DNA from: Raillietiella orientalis
Lineage: Eukaryota
Assembly: GCA_036172245.1 (NCBI GenBank)
Contig: JAYWIR010000023.1
Span: 558,001 to 622,000, forward strand
DNA length: 64,000 bases
Reading direction: 5' to 3'
The notes below the pieces were generated by a model. It was given only the letters and a program-made list of their open reading frames with translations. It was not told the origin of the DNA and did not search any database. Shown here one piece after another: positions 26,206 through 40,515 of the stretch (position 1 is the stretch's first letter; the number at the start of each line of letters is the position of its first letter). The translations under genes and the position numbers were made by a program.

Positions 26206-29200
26206 TTATTGATGCTTGGGAACTGTATACCATTCATGACTACGTCTGGATAAGTTAACTGCCTTAAAGTTATCATTCCCTCTTACCAGCCTGGTACGTT
26301 CGGTGGCAAATCACACTGCCCTGATTCCTTGTTATATACATATCCTGTGCTGCATGAGTAAATGCGTGGTATTACACCATTCAAGCATACATAGAATTTT
26401 TGACAGTCCTTTGGATGAGGATATTGGGGATGAGCAATGAGTTGACCCAGAGCACTGTGCACTTCTCCTTCCGGACAGGTGAATCCATCTGCAGTTATAA
26501 CTTAAAACAAGAATCAATTCTGATGATTTACTGCATCGTAATTTACTTCGCTTTGTGGTGCATCCTGCTCTTTTGACTAGTTCTGGCCACGAACAAGTAC
26601 CTGTTTTAGGATCAAAATGAAGACTGGATGGGCAAGGAGTAGTAGAAATGATCACACCATCCTTGCAAGTAATGTAGCGGTCGCATATAGTTGGATCATT
26701 ATAAGCAAAGATTCCATTTTGTCTTGGACAATCTTCTGTTGGCTTGGCATCTTCTAGACATCCAGTTCGTGTTATTGTCACATGATACAAAAATGTCAAC
26801 TCACGTAATAGCTTCCTGTTTCCACAGTCTACATTGACAGGATAATCACATGGTTCATGGTTTGTGTGAGGATTAAATACAAAACCATCAGGGCAGAGCT
26901 TGGCTTTTGGTATGCCTTCAAAGCATTCATAATATTTGTCGCATTGTTGTGGATCAGGGAATTTGCCAAAAGGTTTTCGGCAGATTTTATCTTCTGTGAA
27001 GTTTGCGGAACGAACGGGCACTGTAAGAAGGCAATCCATCAATAACAAGCAGTTTAGAGATTCTGTTGTATTTGTTTGGGTGGTGCTTTCTCCGTGGATT
27101 AATCGGTTTCAAAATTGCGTGTAGCCGGAAAAGTATTTATTCATAAACATGATTTGGAGGTCATTCTGTGATTGCAAGTCAGTTTATCAACAGTTGAAGC
27201 CAAGAATTTCGGAAGCATTGCAAGATCCGGTGCACATTGTGTCATACACTAGGAACCAATTCAAGCAAGTGCTCTTCCTTTTTTTTTTTTTGGTCAAGCG
27301 AAACTATATATATATAGACGTATCTTTCAGTGAATGCTAGCAGACATCGTTAATGATGTGTGCAGCCTGTCGTTGCCAGTATTTGGTTTTAGTCGTTTCA
27401 GTCGAACGCCATCAAGTAGTAAACCGGCTGTGCCTTTGTGTCTGTGCCGTTCGAGAGTCTAGTCAAGTTTCGGGTTCCGTTTACAGAACTAAAGTCAAAT
27501 AGAAAGTTTAGAAGAGTATTCCCCATGCGGCATTCTCTCCAGTGGTTCATTACGCACAATGCTTTGGTCGTTCTTTCTCTTTTCAAATTTCAGTACATGG
27601 ATTTCATATTTCAACTGCAAATCGCGCATCTCTCAAGTCCTAATGGGTAATTAAGATTTCCGTAGCTCTCTGATGTTTTCAATTTGGAAAATTATCTGTA
27701 ATTTACGTGAACATTGACATTTGGTCGTGCTTCAAGCCGCTGGAACCCGTTCCTATCCTTATTGGATTATAACTTAACCTATTACTATGCGGTTATCTTC
27801 ACGGACACCTATCCCCAATAGTACGCTGGTCTTTTACTTCCCGAATGAGAGCGGAAGGGTTGCTGCATTCTTTCCTCTACGGCGGTGTCCCGCTTTTGGG
27901 TATTTTATTTTTGACCTTCATTTCAAAACTGGACGTTTCGTTCAGGTTGCACGGGAACGGAGAGTCGGTCAGCCTTATGTCAGTTCGGTGTCTTGCTGTC
28001 TGTGGTGCTTCCGGTTGCTTCGTGTCTGGTCATCTTGGTCGCTGTCCATTCCTTTCGTGTTCTTTGTGACGATACTTGACGTGGGGGGGAGGGGGAAACA
28101 AAAATTCCTTCTCCCGCAGCACGTATTCATTCTGCTGTCTTGGCCGCTGGTCTGCTTGTTCAAAAATATGCGGGATTGCTTTTTTTTTTTTTTTTGGTTT
28201 GTTTGTTCTTTGAGGCTCCTTCGCTACGAAAGGATACCTACCATTACTGATCTGCAACCGTAAACGAATGTTCTCATTTTCACGCCGGATTTTTCTTTCC
28301 ACAGATCTCTCGATTTCCCACCGCTCTCTGCCAAATGACCGTGAGGAATTTACTGGCACGCGTTTCAAGAAAGTTGAATTAGGTATAAAACACCAACTTC
28401 ACGCGCTGCATCATGCAAATGTTATCGAAAGTTTGTTCGAAACTTTGCCGCCTTCTAACACAACTTCAATATAATTCTAACACTCTGTCTGTCTTCTTTT
28501 TTTTTTGCACGAACTTGCTGCGGATTCCTGGATACTACCCTCAAAATATTGATCTCCCTTTTCATATCCAGAATGCTTTTTCATGTCTCCATACGTGACA
28601 CGTTTCTTCGCACACGTAGCTGCTTGCTGGATGGTCTTTGTAGATTATGTTCTGCCGTCTGCGGACCACTTTTCCCCCTGAGCTCAAGCCAGCAGCATAC
28701 CTTCATGTACGGCACCATTTCTCAATTTTCGAGCAAACTCCAGTCCTTCTTTTTCAGTATGACTATCATGTTCTCGGAGGTGTATTCGTTTCGGGTTTTT
28801 TTTTTTCTTCTTCTTTCCCCCCCCCCCCCGTCGCATGCCCGTCTTCCGATGATTTTCCCTCTGTCCCGGCTTCCCCGGGTGTTTTGTCTAAGCCTCTCCA
28901 GACTCATTCTTGGTGACTCCAGCATCTTCCCAAATGATTCGACCGTACCATCTGGTTTTCGTTGCTTCCCAAGAAAGAGAACGAACGTACTCGTTGCTGT
29001 GGCGTTTCTCGTCCATGAACTGCCTTGTATGCAAAAATGATGGGTGTTGTCTCGGGCGAAATGCTATGCAGGCACGCATTCCGTTTGTGGTCCTCTGGCA
29101 AACGCGTTCTGGACCGACAGCGAAGGTCACTCTGTCCACCGCATTTCAATGGAGCGGTTGTGAGTCAACGGATGGAAAATCCGAAACACAGCAGTGTTCT

Positions 29201-32200
29201 TGAAAACCAATTCAAAAAGAAAGCTGACTTGGCCTGAGATCCGAATGTTCTTAAAGCCTTTTTGTCTGCAAGTTTGCTTTTCCTCCAATACGCGTGAATG
29301 CACTCATCGACTGACTGCATTTCGCAATTCGTTGAACACCGAGTACGAGTAGCCTCAACGCGGGCATTCATTCGGTTACCCAAGTTTTTCAGGTGACATT
29401 CTCCGAGTCGAAGGATCTAGCAGGCTCCGTGCCCTGATAATTTATGATACATTGCCTCAACACTTATCTCACGGATCCCGTGCATCTTCCCTCAAGATTC
29501 ATTATGTAAATTCATTCCAGGATTTCGGTGAATGTTTTTCTCCACTTCAGTATCCCTCGTGGACACTTGTCCATCACCGTTCTGCTTTTCCGTAGTCCCG
29601 CTTCTTCATTAGTTTCCGAGTTATCGAAAGGTTTTTTTTTTTTTTCCTGGTGGATTTAGGGGCACATCAGACCGTTGAAGACTTATAGGTTTATGCTTAT
29701 ACCAAATCAAATTTAATTTTACTCCATCTCCTTCGAGGAAAGAAGGTGCAAAGATCCAGGCTGAAAAATCAGAGGATGCTCAGCAGTTTCCATTGTGCGC
29801 TCAGTAATTTAAAAATGAATTTGTCAATTATTCATTTATCCGTTGGTTGCATTTAGGAAGCGAAACACTTCTTGAGGCAGTGACGGTTTCTCCAGTTGCG
29901 GTCAACTGACTCAGTCCGGCAGAACCGAGCTGAAGAGCTCACACTTCACTCTGTGGCGAGTTCTCTTAATGTTTCACATTTTTCATATTCATTAGTAAAT
30001 GGGAAAACTCGAAAAAAAGGAAGGAAAAACGTGCAAGTTCATGACCGGCGCCTGCCGTTTACAGTGCCAGCCAGCCACTCCCCCCTTCGTTTTCCTCTAC
30101 GTAAAAAAAAAAATAAAGGGGAGAACGATGACTGTTCTTGTAACTGTGGGCTATTTTCCCCTCACCGTTGCGAATTCCGTGTACAGCAACTGCTCGACGT
30201 GCCTTTCGTTTCCATACATTCGGGGGAAACTGAAGAGATCTTGGAAAGCGTCACGGAAGCAAACTTGGAACCAGAATGTGCTATCGATTTTTTTCTGGAT
30301 ACCTGTGTTGCCTCAACCAGAAACACTACTGTGTAGCTGGTAGGCAGCTCGCCCCAAGTGTACCTGTTAATCCGACAATGAGAAAATTTACATGGCACAC
30401 AGCTTCCCAGTTTTGCTCTTCCGCACGACGTTCGGGAAAAGCGATATTTGCTTCTAGCATCTCACTTTTGCTTCGGATCTCATAAGGAAGGGAAACCCAA
30501 TACTTGCATCTGCGATCTGATTCAATCGTGAATTTTCAAGACTTCCTCCTGGGTGTGAGTACGAATGTTCCGGGAGATTCCGTACAGAGAAGCGTCCGTG
30601 CGAGATCGATCAAAATTCCTTCTGAGACCCAATTGCGTTTCCATCCGACGGGGCTCGTAAATTTTGAGAAACATCTGATGGAAAACTAACAAAGATGACA
30701 TGCGATGAGATCAAATGACAACGGTATCGAAGTAACTGCCCATGGAGAGTGCATGTGTGCTCCAGGCAGATTTTTCAAGCGACACTGCAGTTTCAGGAGA
30801 AATCGGAATTGATGCATTAATAATGCAAGGGAAACGGTGTCCTGTAGAGGTGAAACACCTCACTGATCCCACTCGGGTTAATTTCATAATAAGTCAGTAG
30901 GTCCATTCAAAGCAACGTGCACTGTAGAACGATGTATGTCTCGCAGAAGGGATAGGAAAATGAAGGAAGGAACCTCCCTGAAAACATCAGATGACAGTCT
31001 TTCCTTATAAGCTTTGCTGATCGTTTGATTTCCGAGTGGAAATACTCTGAAAAGTCCATGAAAGTGTGTAGTCGTATTTTTTTTTTCTTCATTTACATTC
31101 GAACCAAAGCGTGCTCCTCTCTCCTGGTTCTTCTCAGTGTATCATATATATGTGACACCGTACTGGCCATTTGGAGCAGATTACACGCTGAAGAAAATTA
31201 TCAACGGATGTGTAAAGAACGCGCTTGCACGATCCGTTTGGAACTCACGATGTGACTTTACGCGATCCATTGGCATCCTAAAGCCTTCCTGAGTCAGGTG
31301 CATTCCAATGAAGCTGTCTGAAGGTTTTGCATTTCCGAAATGACTCACCTGACGATAATCGATCTCGCAGATTCGCCATGCAAGGAATGATACTTACCTC
31401 GTTTCTCGCTTTTATTTCCGTTCCTAAGCTGAGGGAAACGCGAACACATGCTTGTACGGTACTCAGGGGGGCGAGCCGCATGCTCCATGCCTGCACATTC
31501 GTTGAAACGTTACTTGCCGGGACCGGAGAGCACGCACGGTCCATGGAGAACGCGAAACCGCGAGCTTCCCCGTTTCGTTTCGCCGAGCCCTCCCCCCGAG
31601 AGAGAACCATCCCTTTTGGGCAAAGATCAGTGGCCAAAAAAAAGACTACAAAAACAGGAGGGGGAGGAGCTGGTGTGTACACTGTGCAATGCAACAGTGG
31701 TTTTTAAGCCTGCGGTGAGGTTTTCGTGAGGGGCGCCGTTCCTGCCTTCTCGCGTGTCCTTCCGTCTCCGCTGCAGACTCGCCCGTTCGCTCTTCATCCA
31801 CCAGACACGCTGCTCCCTCACGTAGCGGCAGTCGGATGGCACGCCGTCCAACGCGAGCATTCGCCGCGGAAAGAACCGTCTGGCATCTCCAGAGCGCGAA
31901 GAGTATATAAACAGAGTAGGAGGCTGGGATGCGATGCCTGTTCGAAGCGACGAAACATCCCAACAGAGAGCCGCGGATTCGGCTGGCAAGACGACAGATG
32001 GGGACGGAGCGTGTCGTCTCGCTTGCCGGGAAGCTGCCGCTCGGGAAATCTTTCTGTGACGTGGGAGGGGGGGGGGGGACGAACGCAGCACCCTCCTTCG
32101 TCCATTTGGTCCGCTTGCTCCCAAACGTGGGACGGGGCGTGGCAGCCGGGGGCGGGGAAACCCCCCCCCCCCCACGGAGATTCCTGTTGCGAACCCTGCG

Positions 32201-35200
32201 GCGCGCTGATCTTCCGGACGGATGCGCCACGGGCTGCCGGAAGCCTCCGCAGCAGCCTGGGTCCTTCTCTAGCCACCGCAATTTCGTCTGCTCTCCCGGC
32301 CGTCCACTGCAGTGGGAAGATGCTCCTCGCGGTCCATGCGCAAGGGGTGAGGGGGAAGGTGCGCCATCCTACCTGCTCCCTTCCCCTCCCAGAATGGGTA
32401 GCACCCCTGTGAGGGAAGAGAAAAGAGGGGCGGATCCCGTCTCCCGCCGACTGTGCTGCGTAGCGAGGAGCGACCCACCGCTACCCCTCTCCCGGCTCCT
32501 GCGCCGCTGCAGCGACGGACCTCCTCCCCCACTCCGCTCTTCCGAAGAAACAGCTGCCTCCCCCTCTCTCTCCCTTCGGTCCAGCAGCTTCCGCTTCGGA
32601 AGAGGCAGGGTGAGGCGGCAAGTCGGGCAAGCCGGAAGAGGAGGCGTTCCAGCGAGAGGTGGTTGCTCGGGAGACGGACCGGCGGTAAGCGGCAGCTGGG
32701 GAGGAGCCGAAAAAAAAAAAAAGAGGCACTTCAACGAGAAGCGGAGCTGCTTTCGGTGACCGTCCTCTTTCCCATTCAGGTGCCGCTTCAGTTGCTCGTA
32801 GGCGGTGCCAGGACCCCTGGCGAGCACGCGCGCGCGCTTCTTCCTTCCGAGTCCGGTCTTCGCCTCCAGCCTACCGACGGTGCTTCCGCCGCTAAGCAGG
32901 GCTCTTCTCCATCATCTGCAGTGAGCACCACACCCAGCTTTCCCGCGAACGCGGAGGATGCGGTGCGCGCACTAGCGCCTGCTAGTGCGGGTCGGGGACA
33001 ATCGTGTCGGAAGGGATTCGTGCCCTGGGGCTCCTTGTGGACGCGACCTCTGGGCCTGGAGGGAGAGCGGTTTTTTCTTCACGAGGATCTGCGGCTGACC
33101 GTGGGCTGCTGAGCGCGTAGATGCCAGGTTCCCCCTGTCATCCTCGCGCCAGCAGCCCGCGGTCCCTTCCAGCCCGCCTTTTCCCGTCCCGATCGTCTTC
33201 CTGGTTTTTCCTTGGGCCCGGCTCGTTTTTCCGTGGTTTTCTCGCGATCCCTATCTCGTCTCTGGAGGAGGATGAATAGGCAGAGAAAAGCACCGCAGTG
33301 GGAGAGGTCTCTCTCTCTCCCAGCTGGTCTCGGCTGTCTGGGAGGAGATAGGGGAGGGAGAGGGGGGGGGGGGAGAGAATCAACTACCCTACTCAGAAAA
33401 CGCTGCGGCAGTAGGACGCCTCCATTTTAGGAGCTTCTTTATTCCTCCCCTTCCTCATCCGTCTCACGCTGCTGAAGGAGAAGCGCCAAACTCCAACCCT
33501 CCCTCTGACCTATCGGCTGATAGGGCTTTTGTCTCGCGACGTGAGTGTGGGTATGTGGCTCCTTCGCGGAAGGCAAGAGAGACTGCGGCGTTTCCACCGC
33601 GACTCACGCGAACGGTCGTTGCTCACTCCTTGCGCCACGAGCGGAAATTCCCGACCCGTGGATTCGGCGCGGGTGCGTGCCTTTCCTACGCTCTCCGAGC
33701 GCACACCCGCGCTCATGAGTGTCCTGGAGGCAAGACTTCCCTCCCTCCCCCTTCTTTCCTTCCCGAGGCGAGCCCTAGGAGATGATGGGAAGAAGATTTT
33801 CGCCACGCGGAGGGACAAGCGTGAGGTGTCTCGTCAGCAGGCTGCTGTCCTGCTTCTCCGTGACCTGCCGTGCTGCCAGAGGATCACGGAGTCTCCTTCC
33901 TCTCGGGTTGCATCTCTTGACGAGGGAGTGTGAAACTTGAAACTGCCTCAGCCATTTCCTGCCCGGCATTTTCTGCATGGCAGCGCGGGCGCGAGTTGGA
34001 TTCGGGAGACCGAAACGGATGCGGTCTCTTGGAAAAGCGCTGGTCACCCGTGGACCCGTCTTTGCGCTAGAAACGAACCGGATCCAGAAACCATTGCTTT
34101 GAGTCCTCCCGTGCAGGAGCGCGCGTGCACCGTCGTTTTCAGGAACGGGACAGGACAAGAGGAGGTTCTGGCTCGACCGGATGTTCCTCGATCACTACTT
34201 GGGTCGGTTTCGCGAAGCACAGTGAGGAACGGCCCAGTCACAGGGGCCACATTGAAGGACCCCGGAAGGTGGTGGTACGCTCTCGATGGGAAGGAAGAGG
34301 GTATCTGTGCACAGTTTCTGCTCAGAGCAGCAATCCAATCTTCGTGGAGGGAGAGGATCGACGTGAGGGTGGCTGCACAATCACTCGATCGCGGAAATCG
34401 TTTTCCAATGGCACCTCGACGCCGGGGGACGTCTGTTGAGAAAGATGCCTATCTGAGTGATGATGGGATCTGCTCGTGCTGCGAAGCGAGACTAGGGATG
34501 TTGCACAGCGAAGCTGTTGTTTCCATCAGATGCGCGTTGGGCTTTCTACTGCTTGCGCACTTCCACCGAGGAGCTCTTGCGCGTTCCTCCTCGAACGGTG
34601 GTCGTCCTTTCACGTCACGCCACTTGCTAGGAGTGAGTGACTTTCAGCTCCGGTGTGCACCAGAGCAGATTTCGAATTCTCTCGAGTTTACTGTGGAGTT
34701 CATCGCCGCCATGGTAATGTGGGTGCGGTCTGTTTGCAGCGAGGGAAAAACTGTTTAAGAATTCGAATATCGCTTGAAAGATCGCTTCAAAAAGACTTGG
34801 GACAGAAACGTGGGGGGGGGGGAAAGAACTGTTGAAGTGGATCACATTAATTTGTAGGAATGTTTTTTTTTTTTTTTTTTTTTTTGTTACACGGAATGCT
34901 CAGTAACTCGCGACATAGCGTTTATTATTATTTTATTTCATTTTCTTTTCCCCCCCCCCCCCCTTATTCCGACTGCCACTCCCAAGTCTTAGAAAAGAAC
35001 AACGAAACTGTTTGCTCGGCGATCTCCCGGAAAATCAAATCGGGAACGAAAATCAGTGTTCTTTCTCAAAGACTGACGAATCGTTTGCTGAATCTGTCAC
35101 GATAAGGGATGTTTGGAGCGAACTTAAAGACCAAACCCCTGCGCAACAGATGAGGTTCCCATGAGCAGCGGAAGACACACTTCTGGTTCTCGGAACCATG

Positions 35201-38200
35201 CAGCCGCTCGCCATCAAGTTCCATTTCCGCGTCTTTCGCGGGCAGACATGTTGTCGCTGCACGATGGGAAGCTGCGCAAGCTCCCGGAGATGAACTTTTG
35301 GGAGGACTTCACGACGAAAGTACTGTCAAATATGCAACGAAAAAAAGGCCCGTTACAGCCTGGATCAGCTCCGAATCAGCTGGAACGAGGCGAAAATCTA
35401 ACTTTTTTTTCAAACCTTCACTATCATCAAGCAAGCAGCTTGATGATAGTGAAGCTTCCGCTACTGCCATTGCTACTACTAGAAGACAAATGAGTAACTC
35501 GCCCGGGAAGTTTTTAAGAAACTGAGAATAAAACCGCATTAATCCTTTGGAAGAAGAAGTTCGTTTCATCTCCGGCAGCAAGTTATAGACCTGAGGAAGC
35601 ACGGTTCTTTCCCTGTGCAACGGGCACACAGAACCTTCAACCAATTGACCGGATTGCAAAAAAAGGAAAAAAGTTTTTTTTTTTTTTCTCCTCCCATGCA
35701 TTTCGGCGCTCAGATTAAAAAAATGTAAGACTTCATTTAATGATGGCGTTATTAAGGCAATCAGATCGGTTAGCAGTTGGTCGGATCGACGTGCACCCTT
35801 TGATGGAGTAAAACAAGATATCTGCTTGCTTGCCACACCACAGTTTCTCTCCTCAGGAAGGGGAGAAAACCTTTCGAAGTACAGACGGCTTAACTGAAAA
35901 CAGACAGCAGCGATAACTATCGATTTCCACGATAGGGGGGATAATGGTTTAGGGGTTGACATTATCTGGAAGGGCGAACTTCGAGACCTACGAAAGAAAT
36001 CATTAGCGAGTCCACCTAACTATGGATGAATTAGATATTAAGTTAAACTTTAACCTACATTCTTCCCAAGAGTTATTATGCTTAGTTATTAACTTAAACG
36101 GGGGAAGGGTATTGGATGCACGAATCCAGAATAAAAAATTAAAATAGCCACCAAATCTTCTATAAATTCTACGTTCTTATTGAAGCTGCATTCCCTCGTG
36201 CAAAGTAAAGATGAGAATGAAAATTGAAAAGCGTGCAAAAGATTTTTTTTTTTTTTTTTCACACCTAGAAAAACGCAACTTCCTCGAATATCTTCTGTTC
36301 GCAGGCTGTTGAATTCTTTCACCCTTTTCCCCCGACAATTTCTCCTTTGGGAATGCATGCTTTGACTGTTTTCCTTTTCCGATAGATTTTGTATCATGCT
36401 CAGATGTCCGTAATGAAAATGAGATATTTGCTGACGATGATTATATTGTATTTCCTTCCGTTTCCTTTCCGAGTTGAAACAACAGAAGGTGATACCAGCA
36501 CATTACATTTCAAAGAAATGAACATGAAATATAAGGAAGGGCGCAGATGGCTACAGAAAAATGAAGTCTACGATCATGTAATATAATATACGACCTAAGT
36601 AATGAAATGTAATATATATACGATCGAAGTTCGAATCCAATAATAAGGAACCTGCTTAGAAAACGGCATGCGTTGGCAGATGGATTCGGTAATTCTAATT
36701 CGGTTGCATTGAAGGGAAGAGAGATGTGGTCCTCCTGCTGTTGGTTGGGCTCTCGCTGTAATACGAAGTCCATGTGGTTGCAGTGACACGCTGAGTGGTG
36801 TGTGATTATACTCTATTGAGGCTGGCGAAAACAAAAGTGTGTTGATATTCCTGATTTCCGTTTATTCAGAAGGTTTTTTTTTTCTCTCTCTCTCTTCTTG
36901 GCCTTTTAATTCACGAGCTTGTCCTGTGGAAAGCTTCAATACATTGTAATACAAAAGTGTCGGCGTGTTGTATTGAGCTACTTCAAAAAAAAAAAGCCAG
37001 CCACTGTTTCACCTGACCAAAGGTTCCATCAAAACTAATTACACAATTATCCTTCCATCAGAGGCAACACAGAATAAAGTTTTGTTGACGTTTTTTCGAA
37101 TGCCACTAGTGCAGAGGGGAGGGGGGGAAGCAACACACATCTGAAAGCATCTTCAGCTCAGGAGCTGGTCGTGCATTACATAAGCATTACTGCACTCGTA
37201 CGGTCAGACTAGACAGCGAGTTCCAAATAGGTTCCGACCTATTTTCCCTGTCTGCGTAACCAAGCTCGTTTCAGGAGAGGTTCACTTGTGCAAATGCAAA
37301 TAAGAGACCGCTTATCGCTTTCAAAGCATCTTTAAGGTCAACTGATTTAAGAGTAACGATAGTCATTTCGGTAACAGGTTGGTTCCGAGTGTGAATTCCT
37401 GTTTGCATTCATTCTAAATGCCCGATTTGACGGTGCACAGAATGTGCACCGTCAATGTGGCACATTTCTTGTTGCGTGCGTTTTGTCGTAAATGCTGATG
37501 CTGAGTCAAAAGGGAGAAGATACGGACATTCATGCCTCGATAAAGGATCAGTTCGTGAACGCGCATCATAGTCCTTTCGCTTCACTCGATGTCCATTCTA
37601 TCAAAACCGTTCCTCCCTATGAAATCAGGTGATTTCTATAAGAGAGAGAGAGAGGGGGGGGGGGGAGAGAGAGAGAGAGAAAAAAAAGAATCATAAAATC
37701 AAAACCATCGAGTGGACTTCCGTGAAATTTATGTCCCAATTATAAATTTGTAGTACACTACTGGGAAATTTTTGGCTTCGGCGAACTTGGGAGTATCATC
37801 ACGCAAATCCGATTCTTATCCAATTTTCGATGCAGTTAACTTTCGTTGCAAGCGTGGGGTTCACTGGAAATCCCGATTCAGTTTCTTCGAGTCTGAACCG
37901 ACACTTCACGAGTGGGAGATACAGACGGTCCCCCTCTTCAGATTGCCTTCGCTTCGGGTTCGTACACTGTTTCGAGACCGATGGGATTTTCCAGGAGCTG
38001 CACCTCCTCGCCTTCGTCTTTCATCCCTGAAGCAAGGTGCCATGCTTTCGGTTCACTTCAGAGTGCACCTTGCTGGTTCGCTCAGGATGCTGCGTTCTCT
38101 GGATGAAGCAGGCAGTGTACCACACTACGATTCGATTGCTGACAACGTTTCGAGGGCACTAAAATGGAGAGGCGCATGGATGTGGATGAGGGCGTCTCCT

Positions 38201-40475
38201 CACCTTCGGTCCTCATTTCCAGCTCTGGACCTTTTCCTCATCTACTTACTGAACGCTCCTTTTTCTTTTCGTAACGGTCTTTTCTTCATCTACACGTGTT
38301 ATGGTCTGTCCCATAAATGGATAGTACGAGTCCGTTTAATGGGGGGTACGACTGGTGGAGTATTCTTAACCAGCCGACCAGACCAACCGGTCTGAGTCAG
38401 GCGGTCCGCGTTACTTGCGTTTGCATTCGTTGGAAAATGAATGAATGGACGTACACGGAGAGTGATGAAAGGAGAGAGAAGTACAGGCGATGAGGATCAG
38501 CTCCAGAAGGGGGAACCTGACATTCGTCAGCCGCAAAACTCAAAGACCCAGCTTTCGTTACACTGAACGGAGTCCTGGGTCCTCAGGCTCTTCTCACGCG
38601 TGCTTGTCAGATGAGAAGTGGTAGGAAGAAGCTACGAGGAAGGAACCTTCGTTCACGGATCGCCGATTTTCATGTCGCAAGGTTAAGATTGGCGTGTTTG
38701 GAACACATCTTGTTTGACGATGCCTTCCAGTTGCTCGCGTAACCTTCGCTGTGATGCCCCCTCTGGGCTCCGTTCAACCGTCTAACCTCCGGCTACTGGT
38801 AAGCACACGAATATCTCCGCTATGTTTACCTCATATGAATTTTCAGTCTGCATCAGATTTCTCCAAGTTTGTTCTCAAAACCGACATGAAGACGTGAAGG
38901 GGAGGGGGGAAGGGAAGCGGTGGTCCGAAGGAACCTTTCCAGAAAGCATCTTTTGAATCAAGGAGGTTAACGCCGCTGCAAGTCCCAAATGACGTAACGA
39001 ACTGAACGGCTGGTTGCCGCATCCTCAGAGTAGCAGGGGGAAAAAAAAAAAAAAAAAAGTCATTCGATTATGTACAGAGGACAGACTTCATTGGCGGAAA
39101 GTTCGCAGCCTTCGGGCTTTAAGAGAGTGGCTGCAAACTATACTTTCTTTTCCATGGTCTTCGTCAAACAAGGTAGCCAAGTTCCTTCACTGCAGGGCAA
39201 ACTGAAACAAAAGGACTTCAAAATCCCTGAGGTGTCTTTTTTTTTTTTCAAGCCGCACTTCCAGCTGGGTAAGAACACATGGCAACTGGCTTCCAGCAAA
39301 TGCTGGAGATGCATCTTTCATGGAGAAGATCCTTCTGATAACGGTTAGAGTTTTTTTTTTTTGGGGGGGGGGGGGGAAGGGGAGGGGATAATAAACGTTA
39401 CTCAGATCTCAGCATGACAATTACTTCTCCGACTATTAGTGCAAGCTAAATGCAAGGACAGCAGTATAAGAAGGAAACGCAGAAGAAAGAAAGAAAAAAA
39501 AAAAAAGCGGGGGGGGGGGGGAGGAACTGCTGTCCCTTCTCAGCTTCCGTTTGCTGTGACGACGGCGAGAATTCGATACAGACAACTCATTCGGGTGTGT
39601 TATTGTATCACGGAGGTCGTCTCGTTGTATAACGCAGAAATCTGAAGAGAGCCGGTGTAACAAAAGTCAGTTCGCAGATCAAAGGAAGAAGAAAAGGCTC
39701 GAAACCGCGACTTCCGGTTCGCGAATCGTCTGAAGGATCGTGGAGAATGCGATCATCGCATTTCGAAACATTCGTTTCAACGTTGGTTCTCTGCTTCGGA
39801 AAAACGGCCAACAGATGCGAAGCGTCTGGATGCAGTGGCCCGTGCGTCCCGACAACAACAACAAGCATCCGGGCAACATTCGCGAAGATCACAATTTTCA
39901 CGTCCGAAAAAAAAAAAAAGAAGAAAAAGAAGAGGAAGTTCGAAGACACTCCAGCATCGTCGAAGTTCCGCCGCGTCGGCCAGCGAGGATTACCGCGTGA
40001 TGTCCGTAAAGCCGGATGAGCAATGGCAGAGCAGATGCTTCGAGAAGACTTCGCTCAGAAACTCGCTCGATGCATCCCGCCTTAGGCGCGTCATTCGGCT
40101 GCGTCCTCCCTTGGAAAAAAGACGGAAGGCAAGAAACGGATGATCTCGACACAGGATCGTAAACGGCGTTCGGAATGATCCTTGACATCCCTCCGCACCC
40201 ATCTACTTCCACCTCTGTGCCATGGGCACAGGTGCACTCGTCGCTGCAAACTCCAAGCCTCGTTGGCATCGCGCGGGAATTCCTCCCGAGATCCCCCGTC
40301 GCTCTCGCAGGGGAAGAAGAGGTCGACGCGCCTCGCCAGTGATTTTGGTACGACGGCGACACCGTCCGGGTTGGCTTTTTGCGGTCTCGCCTAGGAATTC
40401 GAAGTCAGTCCGAAACCAACGTTTTTCTTTGATGAGGAAACCGAGGAGGAAGCTGAGACAGCTACTTTGGCAGTC

Positions 40476-40515
<40 letters not shown>

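Noticed and set aside
39690..39750. tRNA B-box-like sequence on the minus strand
   Set aside because: No cloverleaf or clear A-box; at most a decayed SINE head
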